From Candidatus Campbellbacteria bacterium (lineage in GTDB: Bacteria; Patescibacteriota; Minisyncoccia; Phycocordibacterales; JAXHMZ01): 64,000 bases of DNA. Shown here piece after piece: positions 10,544 through 19,509 of the stretch. Below the pieces are notes generated by a model, which had not been told where the DNA came from, did no database searches, and worked only from the letters and a program-made list of their open reading frames with translations. The first letter of the stretch is position 1. Every line of letters begins with the position of its first letter. The position numbers and the translations under genes are program-made. The DNA lies in contig JAXHMZ010000005.1 of assembly GCA_034521025.1 (NCBI GenBank), positions 26,352 to 90,351 on the forward strand, in the 5' to 3' direction.

Positions 10544-10649
10544 AAAGTTATTTCTAATAGTAAGTCTTATAAAGCGGTATTAGTACTACCGTACCGTATA
10601 TTATACATCTATTTTTACCGTCAACATACTCTGATGTGTGGATTATTCC

Positions 10650-10721
10650 AAAAAGCCCGCTTTATCGGGCTTTTTGATAAATGAGATCAAAACAAAAAAT
10701 CCCCGAATTGGGGATTTTTTG
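10650..10721 (-). terminator. Tandem terminator hairpins after paralog C
   Basis: AAAAAGCCCG-CTTTAT-CGGGCTTTTT and AAAAAATCCC-CGAATT-GGGATTTTTT. Confidence 0.7.
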
Positions 10722-10774
10722 TGAGCCTCGCTCAGCTGTTTTGTTCAAGAGACGTGAGTCTCTATACGAGAACC

Positions 10775-12784
10775 CTAGTGATTAGGATCCGTCGTTGAGA
10801 TACTCTTGATCTGGTCTCGATACTTTCGCCAGTTACATCCACTTCGGTCAAACCGCTCGCACCAGTGCTGTTCGTCGTGATCTGTAGTCAGCGAGCTGAA
10901 TTCCGTAGAATCCGGCGACACCGACAGTATTAGTGTTCTCAGCGACGACACGAATGCGGAATGTTTCGGTCTCTCCCGCGCGAACGAGATATGCATCACT
11001 GAGTTGTCCTGATCAGCACCGAAGGTGATGTCAATGTCGAATTCTCGAGATCCGTGAGTTTCCTCCGAGGAGGTCGTAATCGAATCCGTTGTTCGGTCAC
11101 CAGTCGCAACAGCATTGTTGATATAATAATCATCTTCGATAGCGGTAAGGTCAAACGTGAGCTTGAGAGTCGCTCGGTCGGCATCGTCGTTGATATCGGT
11201 GCTCTGCGACCAGTCACCTGTTACCACCGTCGTCGTTACAACATCATGCGTTGTTCCTGCACCGATGCCGATCGACGTTTCGTTAGCAGCTTCGAAGTCT
11301 TCGTCCTCTGCTCGAATTTCATCAAGCTCAGCTTCGATGGTGTCGGCTACGCTGAATCCTGTGTTTGATGTTGCGTAGAAGTCAACTTCGACTGACATCT
11401 CTTGCTCTTCACCTTCAGGGATCGTGTACTCGAGGTTGTCGAACGTAACGGTCTGGTTCGATGTACCACTGAGGCCGCTTGTTGTCTCGGTTCCGACGAG
11501 ATCACCGTCAGCGTAGAGTCGTGCACGGCGAACCATATCCTCTACGGCGCTTGTCGTGGTCGAGAGGTTTACATCAACCTCGTCGATCTCGATGTCCTGG
11601 TTCTCCGCTTCTGCGTTGAACACAAGCACCTCTTGGTTGTCGGTTCGGTTGGTGTCGTCAACGACGAATACGGTCTCGTCGGGCGTGTTAGCGCTCGTGC
11701 TGAGATCAAGTGATCCTTGTCCGAAGTTGTCGTCAAACGTGACGTCAACGTCGCCGATGTCGCCATCCGCGCTAGGGCCGTATCCGATGATACCTGCTCC
11801 GTCTAGGAAGCGTACGCCGTCTTCATCCATCGTAGCGACGACTGTGTCGGTATCACGCGTACCAGCGAGAGTGCTGTGCACCTCTACTTCGAGCGCAAGC
11901 TCGACAGTATCACCTTCTCGTACAACCTCATCGAGGCCGGAGAAGCGTGCTCTCCATTCAGAGCCAACTTCAGAGTAGTCACCTGAATCGTCTCCAAGAA
12001 CTGCTACTTCGGTTCCGTCGACCATAAGTCGGACTTCATTGAAGTAGAGCCATGGACGTGAGTCGAACATAAAGTCGACGCGGTTCATCTCGACGTCAGA
12101 GTCTTCTGCCGTAGCTTCGAGTTCAACAGCTACGTCAGTGTCTCCCGTGTCGATCTCGACCGATCCGACGCTGAGGTCGTTAAAGTCGAGGAATCCTTCA
12201 CCTCCGGATAGACCTTCGTCGTCCGAGTCGTCGGAGTCATCGCTGTCGTCACCATCATCTCCGTCGTCGCCGTCGTCACCGTCGTCACCATCACCTGCGG
12301 TGATGATAGCGTTGGCTTGAGCGCGAGAAGATGGTCCAAAGTATCCTGTTCCCGCGGAAAGACCGAGGGGTGCAAGGATCTGTGAAGAGTAAGCTCCTTG
12401 GAAGTCAGTTACAGCGGCTGCTGTAAGTGGTCCATAGTAGCTTGTCTCCTGTCCAGGAGATCCTGCTCCGCTAGTGGCTACTGTAAAGCCGTTAGCGTTG
12501 AGGAACTCTTGGAGTCTCAATACTTCAGTTCCGGTAGCACCTACTCCCATGGAGCGGGTGAACGGAGTGAAGTCTCCACTAACTGAAGCTTGGCCGTCAA
12601 TTTGCGCTTGCAAATCGGCGATCTGTGCTTCGAGTTGTGCAATGATCGCTGCTAGGTCGTCTGCATCGCTTTGTGCTTGTGCTTGGTAAGCACCGGCAAA
12701 AGCGAATGTCGCTACAAGAGCGAGGACCGCAACGAACCCAACTACCTTGTAGGTAATTGCATTTCGCATTTCGTATAAACTCAT
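10775..12784 (-). CDS. Acidic cell-surface / S-layer-like protein with peptidoglycan-binding domain (paralog C; C-terminus apparently frameshifted near 10990)
   Basis: Signal peptide ending AQA-Q, coiled coil, PG-binding domain, DGDD linker, beta-rich domains. The last ~75 aa are out of character, while another frame reads YLVRAGETETF...AGFYGIQL...EVDVTGESIET, like the ends of paralogs A and B. Confidence 0.8.
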   Translation of the reverse strand: MSLYEMRNAITYKVVGFVAVLALVATFAFAGAYQAQAQSDADDLAAIIAQLEAQIADLQAQIDGQASVSGDFTPFTRSMGVGATGTEVLRLQEFLNANGFTVATSGAGSPGQETSYYGPLTAAAVTDFQGAYSSQILAPLGLSAGTGYFGPSSRAQANAIITAGDGDDGDDGDDGDDGDDSDDSDDSDDEGLSGGEGFLDFNDLSVGSVEIDTGDTDVAVELEATAEDSDVEMNRVDFMFDSRPWLYFNEVRLMVDGTEVAVLGDDSGDYSEVGSEWRARFSGLDEVVREGDTVELALEVEVHSTLAGTRDTDTVVATMDEDGVRFLDGAGIIGYGPSADGDIGDVDVTFDDNFGQGSLDLSTSANTPDETVFVVDDTNRTDNQEVLVFNAEAENQDIEIDEVDVNLSTTTSAVEDMVRRARLYADGDLVGTETTSGLSGTSNQTVTFDNLEYTIPEGEEQEMSVEVDFYATSNTGFSVADTIEAELDEIRAEDEDFEAANETSIGIGAGTTHDVVTTTVVTGDWSQSTDINDDADRATLKLTFDLTAIEDDYYINNAVATGDRTTDSITTSSEETHGSREFDIDITFGADQDNSVMHISFARERPKHSAFVSSLRTLILSVSPDSTEFSSLTTDHDEQHWCERFDRSGCNWRKYRDQIKSISTTDPNH

Positions 12785-13279
12785 AATTATGATTTTCTAC
12801 TTATTAGAATGCTTTGCGTTTTGATTAATATAATGCTTTGCAAAACATTTTTGCGGCACACCCGCTAAGGTGCACCGCGCTACTTATAATTCCTTGTAAT
12901 GTTGCCCGTAGTTGCCTAGGCTGTGCGCGCCACCGGCAATTTATTGGGCTCATACTATCTCGCCTACTCCTAATATTTCGACCAGGAGAAAACGAGTTAG
13001 ATGCACGTTTGTCGTACGGGTATTCAGTCGTTCGGTATGTTTGTCGGGATATTCTGTTTTCAACGTTCATTCCGTATCGTTCAACGGTGGCGCTATGCCT
13101 AACTTTGGTTGAACGGTGCTCTGTCTAAACAAAACCTGTATTAAACAAGGTTTGCCTTCAATCTTAGCACAGTTCCCTTGTCAGGCAACAGATCGTGTTC
13201 CCACGTATTGTGGAAAACGATCCCCGCCTCTGAACCTAGAGACAATTATAGTACAGACGTTTGCTCTTGCAAATATTTG

Positions 13280-13288
13280 TGTGGATAA
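13280..13288. promoter_or_regulatory. DnaA-box consensus match (TGTGGATAA)
   Basis: Exact reverse complement of TTATCCACA; a second TTWTNCACA match (TGTGGAAAA) lies near 13209; function not established. Confidence 0.4.
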
Positions 13289-13614
13289 AACATACATATG
13301 AGCGCGCCATACAAGGATTTATAAAAGACAAATGCTTTTAAATCGCTTGCCTCTTTTGTACACGCCTTTTGCCTATAGGGTGTTAAAGAGGCACGCCCAC
13401 TGACTTCTATCCATAAAATTTACAAAGCAAGCGCGTCTGTACCACGTGCTCGCAGTTCTACTACTTCTGACGAACCTAAAAAGCTTTTCTTACAACGCAC
13501 CGTCAATTCCAAAATCTTAATTCTACCCTTATTTTGAGATGCGCTCGTTAGCGATCCTCTTCTAACAAAACGCAACAACAAAACGTTCAAAAATTACCAA
13601 AACTAAAAAGCTAT

Positions 13615-13706
13615 AAAGGACATTTAATATTTATAAAAGACATAAAGGAGAAAATATTTGAAACTATAATTACTAAATCGTTAAGAATGTCTTTTATGTG
13701 TCCTTA
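13615..13706. repeat. TGTC(C/T)TTT motif cluster 1 (3' of the wHTH gene)
   Basis: AAAGGACA 13615, AAAAGACA 13635, TGTCTTTT 13688, variant TGTCCTTA 13699. Confidence 0.85.
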
Positions 13707-14567
13707 AGAAGAACTGTTGAGGCGATAACGACTCCAGCGACGACTGCCGAGGCGTTCGAGTACGCCTTCTTCAACCATGCCAACAATCTCTCTTTGTAGC
13801 GTTTTTTCACTACAGTCCTGGATCTCGCGAGCGGCGTCTTTTACGGTGATCTCCTTTTTGTCCTTAACAAGCTGAATGATGATATCTCTTCTCTGTGTCT
13901 TTGAGAGTGTGCTCGGCTGTAATTGTGTCCTTTTGATTTTTGTCTTTTTGTTGTCCTTTATGTCCTTTTGATTTGTTTTTTGTCCTTTAGAACTTTCCTC
14001 CGCATTCTCGGTTTTCTCTTTTTCGGGAGAACTTATTCCTTGTACTTTATTGCTCGCGCTTGATTCAAGTTTGCCACCTGAACGATTTTCAAAAGCTATC
14101 CCAAATAGATATTTCTCGAGTGAGTCCGTTGTCTGTCTTTCCTCGCTGACATTGAAAAAGTTCTGGGGAAACAACACAGGATCGTGCTTTCCCTCCTTGT
14201 CCGCCTGGTCTTCAAGTGCGTTTAAAAGGGTTTCGTATTCTTGACGCAAGACGGAGAAATTCATTTCCGAGATCAGTCCGGCAGTATGAGCTACACCCAG
14301 AGTGGCAAGAATTGTCGAAAGCGAGTTTTTTATAAAAGACAAGTCAATTGATCTCTCGGATTCGATAGAATCAGCCAGTATGGAGAAATATTCAAGCAGA
14401 GTTAAGTTGTCAGACCGTAGCTTCCACTTGAGGGGTTCGCTCTCTGAGAAGAAGTTCGTTATGAGATATACGGCACGGGCGAGACGTTCTGTCTTTTTTA
14501 CTGCGTAGTAAAAAAAGGCTTTGTTAAGAGTGTATGACTGCAGTTCCTGGGTTGTATTTTCTGCCAT
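13704..14567 (-). CDS. Four-helix-bundle + DeoR-type winged-helix DNA-binding protein
   Basis: N-terminal KKTERLARAVYLITNFFSESEPLKWKLR resembles four-helix-bundle (IVS/Avd-like) proteins; C-terminal RRDIIIQLVKDKKEITVKD...CSEKTLQREIVGMVEEGVLERLGSRRWSRY is a DeoR-like wHTH. Confidence 0.75.
   Translation of the reverse strand: MAENTTQELQSYTLNKAFFYYAVKKTERLARAVYLITNFFSESEPLKWKLRSDNLTLLEYFSILADSIESERSIDLSFIKNSLSTILATLGVAHTAGLISEMNFSVLRQEYETLLNALEDQADKEGKHDPVLFPQNFFNVSEERQTTDSLEKYLFGIAFENRSGGKLESSASNKVQGISSPEKEKTENAEESSKGQKTNQKDIKDNKKTKIKRTQLQPSTLSKTQRRDIIIQLVKDKKEITVKDAAREIQDCSEKTLQREIVGMVEEGVLERLGSRRWSRYRLNSSS
13926..13988. repeat. TGTC(C/T)TTT motif cluster 2 (inside the coding linker)
   Basis: Co-oriented copies at 13926, 13941, 13952, 13961, 13981. 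Confidence 0.9.
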
Positions 14568-14680
14568 GTCTTTTATATATTATCGTGTCCTTTAGGATAA
14601 TTTGTCCTTTATAAAAATTGTCCTTTTGTCCTTTAGAGACACATTCCTCTATAAAGGACATTATACAAATATAAAGGACA
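14567..14680. repeat. TGTC(C/T)TTT motif cluster 3 (start codon and promoter region between the wHTH gene and ftsK)
   Basis: TGTCYTTT at 14567, 14586, 14603, 14619, 14627; inverted AAAGGACA at 14653 and 14673; minus-strand TATAAT at 14660-14665. Confidence 0.9.
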
Positions 14681-14776
14681 GAAGTAAAGTTATTAACACC
14701 TCTCTGTCGCGTTTGTAGCGGAGGCGCTATGGGGTTACAATAGAGTGGAAATTTAATCATTACCTTAGAAACCTAA

Positions 14777-17128
14777 ATGGCACGCAAGAAATCAAAATCA
14801 GAGAAAAACAAGAACTCTAAAGAGTCATCCAAAAAGAAGAACAAGAAGTCCGAGAAAGATGAAGGAATGCTGATCTGGAACCTTGAGGAACACGTGGCAC
14901 AAGCCCTCTTGGCGCTTTTGTTTTTTGTGTTGGCGGTTTTCTTTACCCTCTCCTATTTTGAGCAAGCGGGCATCGCCGGCGAGCACGCATTTTCTCTTTT
15001 TGAAAGACTTCTCGGTTACGGATATTTCTTGCTTCCGCTTTCAATGTTCATTCTTTCTATAAATTTTTTGCGGAAGCTAAAAGTTAACTTCGCCGTCTCA
15101 AGCGGAGCCGGGATCACGCTCTTTATGATCTCCGGACTTGGACTTATAAACATCGCCACCGACAGCAAAGGCGGAGTCATTGGCAATTTGGTCTCGGACC
15201 CGCTTCTGCCTTTGTTCGATCTCTATGTGACGTTTGTACTTCTAGCGGCAATGATGATCCTTTCGTTCGTACTTCTCTTTGACTTGAAACTTTCCTCTAT
15301 TGATTTCAACTCTCTTAAGTTCTGGAAGAAAGACGAGGAGGACAAAGACTATCTCGCCGCCTCTATCGCCCATCCCGCGGGAGCGGAACAGGCCGAGAGA
15401 GCTATGGCCGAAGAAGAACGCAAGAACGCCGAAAAGAGCACCAAGGAAGAAGGAAGGCCGGAGAAACCTTCAGGTGGAATACTCAGCGGATTGGTCGGAA
15501 AACAAAACAAAGACAAAGAGCTCGATATAGACAGCAAGCTTTCGATAGATACTTCGCGACTGGGCGCGCCATTTACTCCTCCACCACTGAAGCTTTTGAC
15601 CAAGGACAGCGGCAAGCCGTCCGTCGGCGATGTTAAAACCAACGCCAATGTTATAAAGCGCACTCTCAGTAACTTTGGTATTGACGTAGAAATGGACGAG
15701 GTGTCGGTCGGACCCACTGTTACTCGCTACGCCTTGAAGCCGGCCGAAGGAGTAAAGCTTTCGCGAATAGAGGGACTGCAAAAAGAAATACAAGCGGCAC
15801 TCGCGGCCAAGTCGATAAGGATAGAAGCACCGATCCCGGGCAAGTCCCTGGTCGGTATAGAAGTACCAAATATCTCTAAAGCAACAGTCGGTCTGGCTTC
15901 CCTCTTCTCTGATCCCGCCTTTGCTCAAAGCGACAATCCGCTCCTGGTCGCCCTCGGACGAAATCTCTCCGGAGAAGCCGAATTCGCTGACTTTGGCAAA
16001 ATGCCTCACCTCTTGGTAGCGGGAGCTACCGGCGCCGGAAAGTCTGTGACGGTGCATATGCTAATAGCTTCTCTCCTGTATAGGAACTCGCCGGAGAACC
16101 TTAGATTTATCATGGTTGACCCCAAGCGAGTAGAGCTAACTCCGTACAACGACATCCCTCACCTGCTAACTCCGGTTATAAAGAACGCCAAAAAAGCGAT
16201 CCTCGCTTTGAAGTGGGCTGCTAAGGAAATGGAAAGACGGTACGACATATTGGAAAGCTATAGAGTACAAAATATAGACTCTTATCACAAAAACATACTG
16301 GAACCGGCCATAAAAGACATTGAAAAGAAACGAAAGAACAAGGACTCCGAAGAAGTGGAAGACGAACTACCGGAATCAATGCCATATATTGTAATCGTCA
16401 TAGACGAGTTGGCTGATATTATGTCGGCCTACCCCAAAGAGCTCGAGGCGGCTATCGTGCGATTGGCGCAGATGAGCCGTGCAGTCGGTATTCACCTAAT
16501 ACTATCTACCCAAAGGCCCGACGTACGCGTCATAACCGGACTGATCAAAGCCAACATTCCATCCCGTATCGCACTCCAAGTGTCTTCACAGATCGACTCT
16601 CGCACCATCATAGACAAAGCGGGAGCGGAAAGACTTCTCGGTAAAGGAGATATGCTTTATCAAGGAGGAGAAATGGCCAAACCGGCGCGTATTCAATCCG
16701 GTTTCGTGACCGAAGAAGAGATCAAAAGGGTTGTTGATTGGCTCATTAAGCACTATTCGGGACAATTGCCAGATACCATTGATCTCGATAGCGAGACACG
16801 CGAAAACAACACTGACAGCATTTTCAGCTCCGTGGTTGCCGACGAATCCAGCGAAGAAGACGAAAAATTCGAAGAAGCCAAGCAAACGGTTATGGAAGCC
16901 GGTAGGGCTTCGACCTCGTACTTACAGCGCAAATTGGGCGTTGGCTATTCACGAGCCGCCAAGTTAATTGATATGCTGGAAGAACAAGGCATCATTGGAC
17001 CACAAAATGGCTCCAAGCCACGAGAAGTACTCGCCAAAGGAGAAGAGTCTGAGGAAGACAGCTCCGAGAGCTACGAAGAGAACACGGAAGAAGATAACCA
17101 GAAAGGCCTCAGCGAGGAAGACTTGTAG
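14777..17128 (+). CDS. ftsK: DNA translocase FtsK/SpoIIIE
   Basis: N-terminal TM helices, PHLLVAGATGAGKS Walker A, IVIVIDELAD, ILSTQRP, gamma domain ASTSYLQRKLGVGYSRAAKLID. Confidence 0.96.
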   Translation: MARKKSKSEKNKNSKESSKKKNKKSEKDEGMLIWNLEEHVAQALLALLFFVLAVFFTLSYFEQAGIAGEHAFSLFERLLGYGYFLLPLSMFILSINFLRKLKVNFAVSSGAGITLFMISGLGLINIATDSKGGVIGNLVSDPLLPLFDLYVTFVLLAAMMILSFVLLFDLKLSSIDFNSLKFWKKDEEDKDYLAASIAHPAGAEQAERAMAEEERKNAEKSTKEEGRPEKPSGGILSGLVGKQNKDKELDIDSKLSIDTSRLGAPFTPPPLKLLTKDSGKPSVGDVKTNANVIKRTLSNFGIDVEMDEVSVGPTVTRYALKPAEGVKLSRIEGLQKEIQAALAAKSIRIEAPIPGKSLVGIEVPNISKATVGLASLFSDPAFAQSDNPLLVALGRNLSGEAEFADFGKMPHLLVAGATGAGKSVTVHMLIASLLYRNSPENLRFIMVDPKRVELTPYNDIPHLLTPVIKNAKKAILALKWAAKEMERRYDILESYRVQNIDSYHKNILEPAIKDIEKKRKNKDSEEVEDELPESMPYIVIVIDELADIMSAYPKELEAAIVRLAQMSRAVGIHLILSTQRPDVRVITGLIKANIPSRIALQVSSQIDSRTIIDKAGAERLLGKGDMLYQGGEMAKPARIQSGFVTEEEIKRVVDWLIKHYSGQLPDTIDLDSETRENNTDSIFSSVVADESSEEDEKFEEAKQTVMEAGRASTSYLQRKLGVGYSRAAKLIDMLEEQGIIGPQNGSKPREVLAKGEESEEDSSESYEENTEEDNQKGLSEEDL

Positions 17129-17146
17129 TAGAATATATAAACAACC

Positions 17147-17509
17147 ATGAACGGAAACGCCTTTAACGCTCGCAATATAATGAAGGCGATCTTGCTTATC
17201 GCGATCGCCTCAGGTGTGGCGTCTTACGCCTACTATCAATCACAACCGCTTATGGCCGGACCGGAAATCGCCTTTAGTGATCCCGAAAACGGCGATGTTA
17301 TTAAGGAGTCCCCTATCGAGATCACCGGCACCGCCGAGCGCATTTCTTTTATCAAACTTAATGGCCGGCAAATTTATATCAACGAAAGCGGAGTTTTCGA
17401 GGAGAAATTGCCCTTACTTCCCGGTCATAATATAATAGAGCTACAGGCAGAGGATCGTTTTGGAAGAGTTACTACTAAAAGACTCAACCTTATGTACGAA
17501 GGTGAGTAA
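17147..17509 (+). CDS. Small membrane-anchored Ig-like-fold protein
   Basis: N-terminal TM helix, then P..G......I.ITG....LNG.....G.F....L.PG.N.I...AED pattern. Confidence 0.7.
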   Translation: MNGNAFNARNIMKAILLIAIASGVASYAYYQSQPLMAGPEIAFSDPENGDVIKESPIEITGTAERISFIKLNGRQIYINESGVFEEKLPLLPGHNIIELQAEDRFGRVTTKRLNLMYEGE

Positions 17510-17518
17510 TATATTTTT

Positions 17519-18574
17519 ATGGCAAAATCAAAAAAAACCGAAAAAGAAAGCGGAGCTTCTATTGAAGATACACTGGATCAAATAAAAACCAAGTTTGGAG
17601 ATGAATCAATAATGAAACTGGGCGACCGCCCTAAGGTCAACGTCGACTCGGTTTCAACCGGCTCTATCGGCCTAGATACCGCGCTCGGCATTGGCGGTCT
17701 GCCAAAAGGAAGGATCGTTGAAATATACGGACCGGAAAGCAGTGGTAAATCCACCCTCGCTTTACACGTGGTGGCGGAAGCGCAAAAAGAAGGCGGTGTC
17801 TGCGCCTTTATTGACGCCGAACACGCTCTCGATCCGGATTACTCGAGAAAACTGGGCGTAAATGTCAAAGACCTTCTCATCTCCCAGCCCAACTCGGGCG
17901 AACAAGCTCTCGAGATAACAGAGTCATTGGTCCGATCGGGTAAAATATCCGTGATAGTAGTAGACTCGGTAGCGGCTCTGACTCCCAAAGACGAAATAGA
18001 GGGCGAAATGGGAGACGCTCAAGTCGGAAAACAGGCCCGTCTTATGTCTCAAGCTCTGCGCAAACTAACCGCGATCTCTGCGCAATCCGGAACTGTAGTT
18101 ATATTCATCAACCAGATCCGAATGAAGATAGGCGTTATGTTCGGATCTCCGGAGACAACCACGGGCGGAAAAGCACTGAAGTTCTACACTTCAGTACGTC
18201 TCGACATTCGTCGGATCGCACAGATCAAAAAAGGCGAAGAAGTTATCGGCGCGCGAACCAGAGTCAAAGTAGTAAAGAACAAAGTAGCGGCACCTTTCAA
18301 ACAGACCGAATTTGATCTCATATATTACGAAGGAATTTCGCGCGAAGGAGAGATCCTCACCATCGGCGAAAAACACGGTTTGATAAAGAAATCCGGAGCG
18401 TTCTACTCCTACGCTCCCCCACCCAAAAAAGAGGGCGAAGAACCGGAAGAAGAGATCAAACTCGGACGCGGTTATGACGCCGCTCGCGTATATCTCAAAG
18501 AAGACAAGAAACTAACTAATAGAATTATAAAAGACCTAAAAAAGAAACTCAGAGAATACTACTTCAGCACCTAA
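17519..18574 (+). CDS. recA: Recombinase RecA
   Basis: [52 protein letters not shown]. Confidence 0.99.
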   Translation: MAKSKKTEKESGASIEDTLDQIKTKFGDESIMKLGDRPKVNVDSVSTGSIGLDTALGIGGLPKGRIVEIYGPESSGKSTLALHVVAEAQKEGGVCAFIDAEHALDPDYSRKLGVNVKDLLISQPNSGEQALEITESLVRSGKISVIVVDSVAALTPKDEIEGEMGDAQVGKQARLMSQALRKLTAISAQSGTVVIFINQIRMKIGVMFGSPETTTGGKALKFYTSVRLDIRRIAQIKKGEEVIGARTRVKVVKNKVAAPFKQTEFDLIYYEGISREGEILTIGEKHGLIKKSGAFYSYAPPPKKEGEEPEEEIKLGRGYDAARVYLKEDKKLTNRIIKDLKKKLREYYFST

Positions 18575-18620
18575 GAGAACTTATAGATTAGAAATAACCA
18601 AATAACCGGCAAAGATAGAT

Positions 18621-19190
18621 ATGCTTTCATACAACGAAGTCCGCGAAAGGTCTTACATAGTACACCAAGGCGAGCCCAACGAGGTATTGTCATCCAAGAT
18701 ATTCCGCAAGCAACAGCGCAAACCGGTCAATCAGATAAAGCTAAAAAACCTTATAACGGGCAAACAAACTGAAACGACAATACATCAATCAGAAAAGGTG
18801 GAACCGGCCTCCATTGAAACGAGAGATATAAAGTATCTGTACTCCAGACGTGGAGAAAGTTGGTTTTGCGAAGTCGATGATCCGAGCGACCGTTTTTCTA
18901 TTCCTGACGAAAGGATCGAGGACAGCAAACCATTCATCCGTGAAGACGATATTGTTACCGCGCTAATATACGAAGACGAGGTAGTCGGGATCAAACTGCC
19001 GATCAAGGTGGAATTGGAAGTGAGAGAAGCGCCACCCAATATCAAAGGAAACACTTCCTCCGGTGGCAATAAGTCCGTAACTCTGGAAACCGGATATACA
19101 GTAAACGCGCCCCTCTTTATCAATCCGGGTGATATATTGCGCATAAACACCGAAACCGGCGAATACGTCGAACGGGTTGAGAAAGCGTAG
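18621..19190 (+). CDS. efp: Elongation factor P
   Basis: LKNLITG, YLY, KGNTSSGGNK..TLETG..V.APLFINPGD.LRINTETGEYVER. Confidence 0.93.
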   Translation: MLSYNEVRERSYIVHQGEPNEVLSSKIFRKQQRKPVNQIKLKNLITGKQTETTIHQSEKVEPASIETRDIKYLYSRRGESWFCEVDDPSDRFSIPDERIEDSKPFIREDDIVTALIYEDEVVGIKLPIKVELEVREAPPNIKGNTSSGGNKSVTLETGYTVNAPLFINPGDILRINTETGEYVERVEKA

Positions 19191-19196
19191 TCAATA

Positions 19197-19232
19197 AAAA
19201 ACAAGACCGCCATATCCGGCGGTTTTGTTTTT
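19197..19232. terminator. Bidirectional terminator between efp and rpsR
   Basis: AAAAACAAGACCGCC-ATATCC-GGCGGTTTTGTTTTT between convergent genes. Confidence 0.8.
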
Positions 19233-19253
19233 GCTAGATAGATAGGATCTATC

Positions 19254-19487
19254 CTATTTAGCCACGTAAGGCATCAACGCCATAAAGCGCGCCCTCTTGA
19301 TAGCTGAAGCTATCAGGCGCTGATTACGAGCGGAAACTCTTGTTTTGTGTTTGGGTACAATGCGCGCGTGCGTATCTACGAACTGTTCAAGAACGTCCAC
19401 GTCTTTGTAGTCTACGTACTTCACTCGATTGGAATTGAAGTATTGGCTTTGCTTTGCTCTTTTTTCTTTAGTAGTTGTGTTCTGCAT
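19254..19487 (-). CDS. rpsR: 30S ribosomal protein S18
   Basis: VDYKDVDVL...NQRLIASAIKRARFMALMPY; rpsF-ssb-rpsR order. Confidence 0.96.
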   Translation of the reverse strand: MQNTTTKEKRAKQSQYFNSNRVKYVDYKDVDVLEQFVDTHARIVPKHKTRVSARNQRLIASAIKRARFMALMPYVAK

Positions 19488-19509
19488 ATTATTCTTACTT
19501 TATTCAATA

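Noticed and set aside
6967-12689. Long plus-strand Ser-rich ORFs (e.g. 6967-7380, 9364-10071, 11556-11978)
   Set aside because: Antisense shadows of D/E-rich minus-strand genes.
13120-13165. c-di-GMP-I riboswitch (minus-strand GGCAAACC)
   Set aside because: The GAAA tetraloop and GGGACGCAAAGC-type second half are missing.
12825-13301. Short ORFs in the intergenic region (12825-13070, 12838-13128, 12912-13112, 13116-13301)
   Set aside because: Overlapping, atypical composition, no recognisable motifs.
13200-13700. Chromosomal oriC
   Set aside because: Only two DnaA-box matches, no dnaA/dnaN nearby and no lasting switch in gene orientation across the site; retained only as one hypothesis for the repeat system.
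6213-14567. Diversity-generating retroelement (Avd-like domain next to variable paralogs)
   Set aside because: No reverse transcriptase in the window, and differences between the repeats are not adenine-specific TR/VR-type changes.
13615-14680. CRISPR array or simple microsatellite explanation for the TGTCYTTT clusters
   Set aside because: The units are 8 bp, irregularly spaced and in both orientations; there is no repeat-spacer periodicity and no cas genes.
14524-14760. 78-aa minus-strand ORF over the repeat cluster
   Set aside because: Its KGQ/KD content simply reflects the DNA motif, and it overlaps the start of the wHTH gene out of frame.
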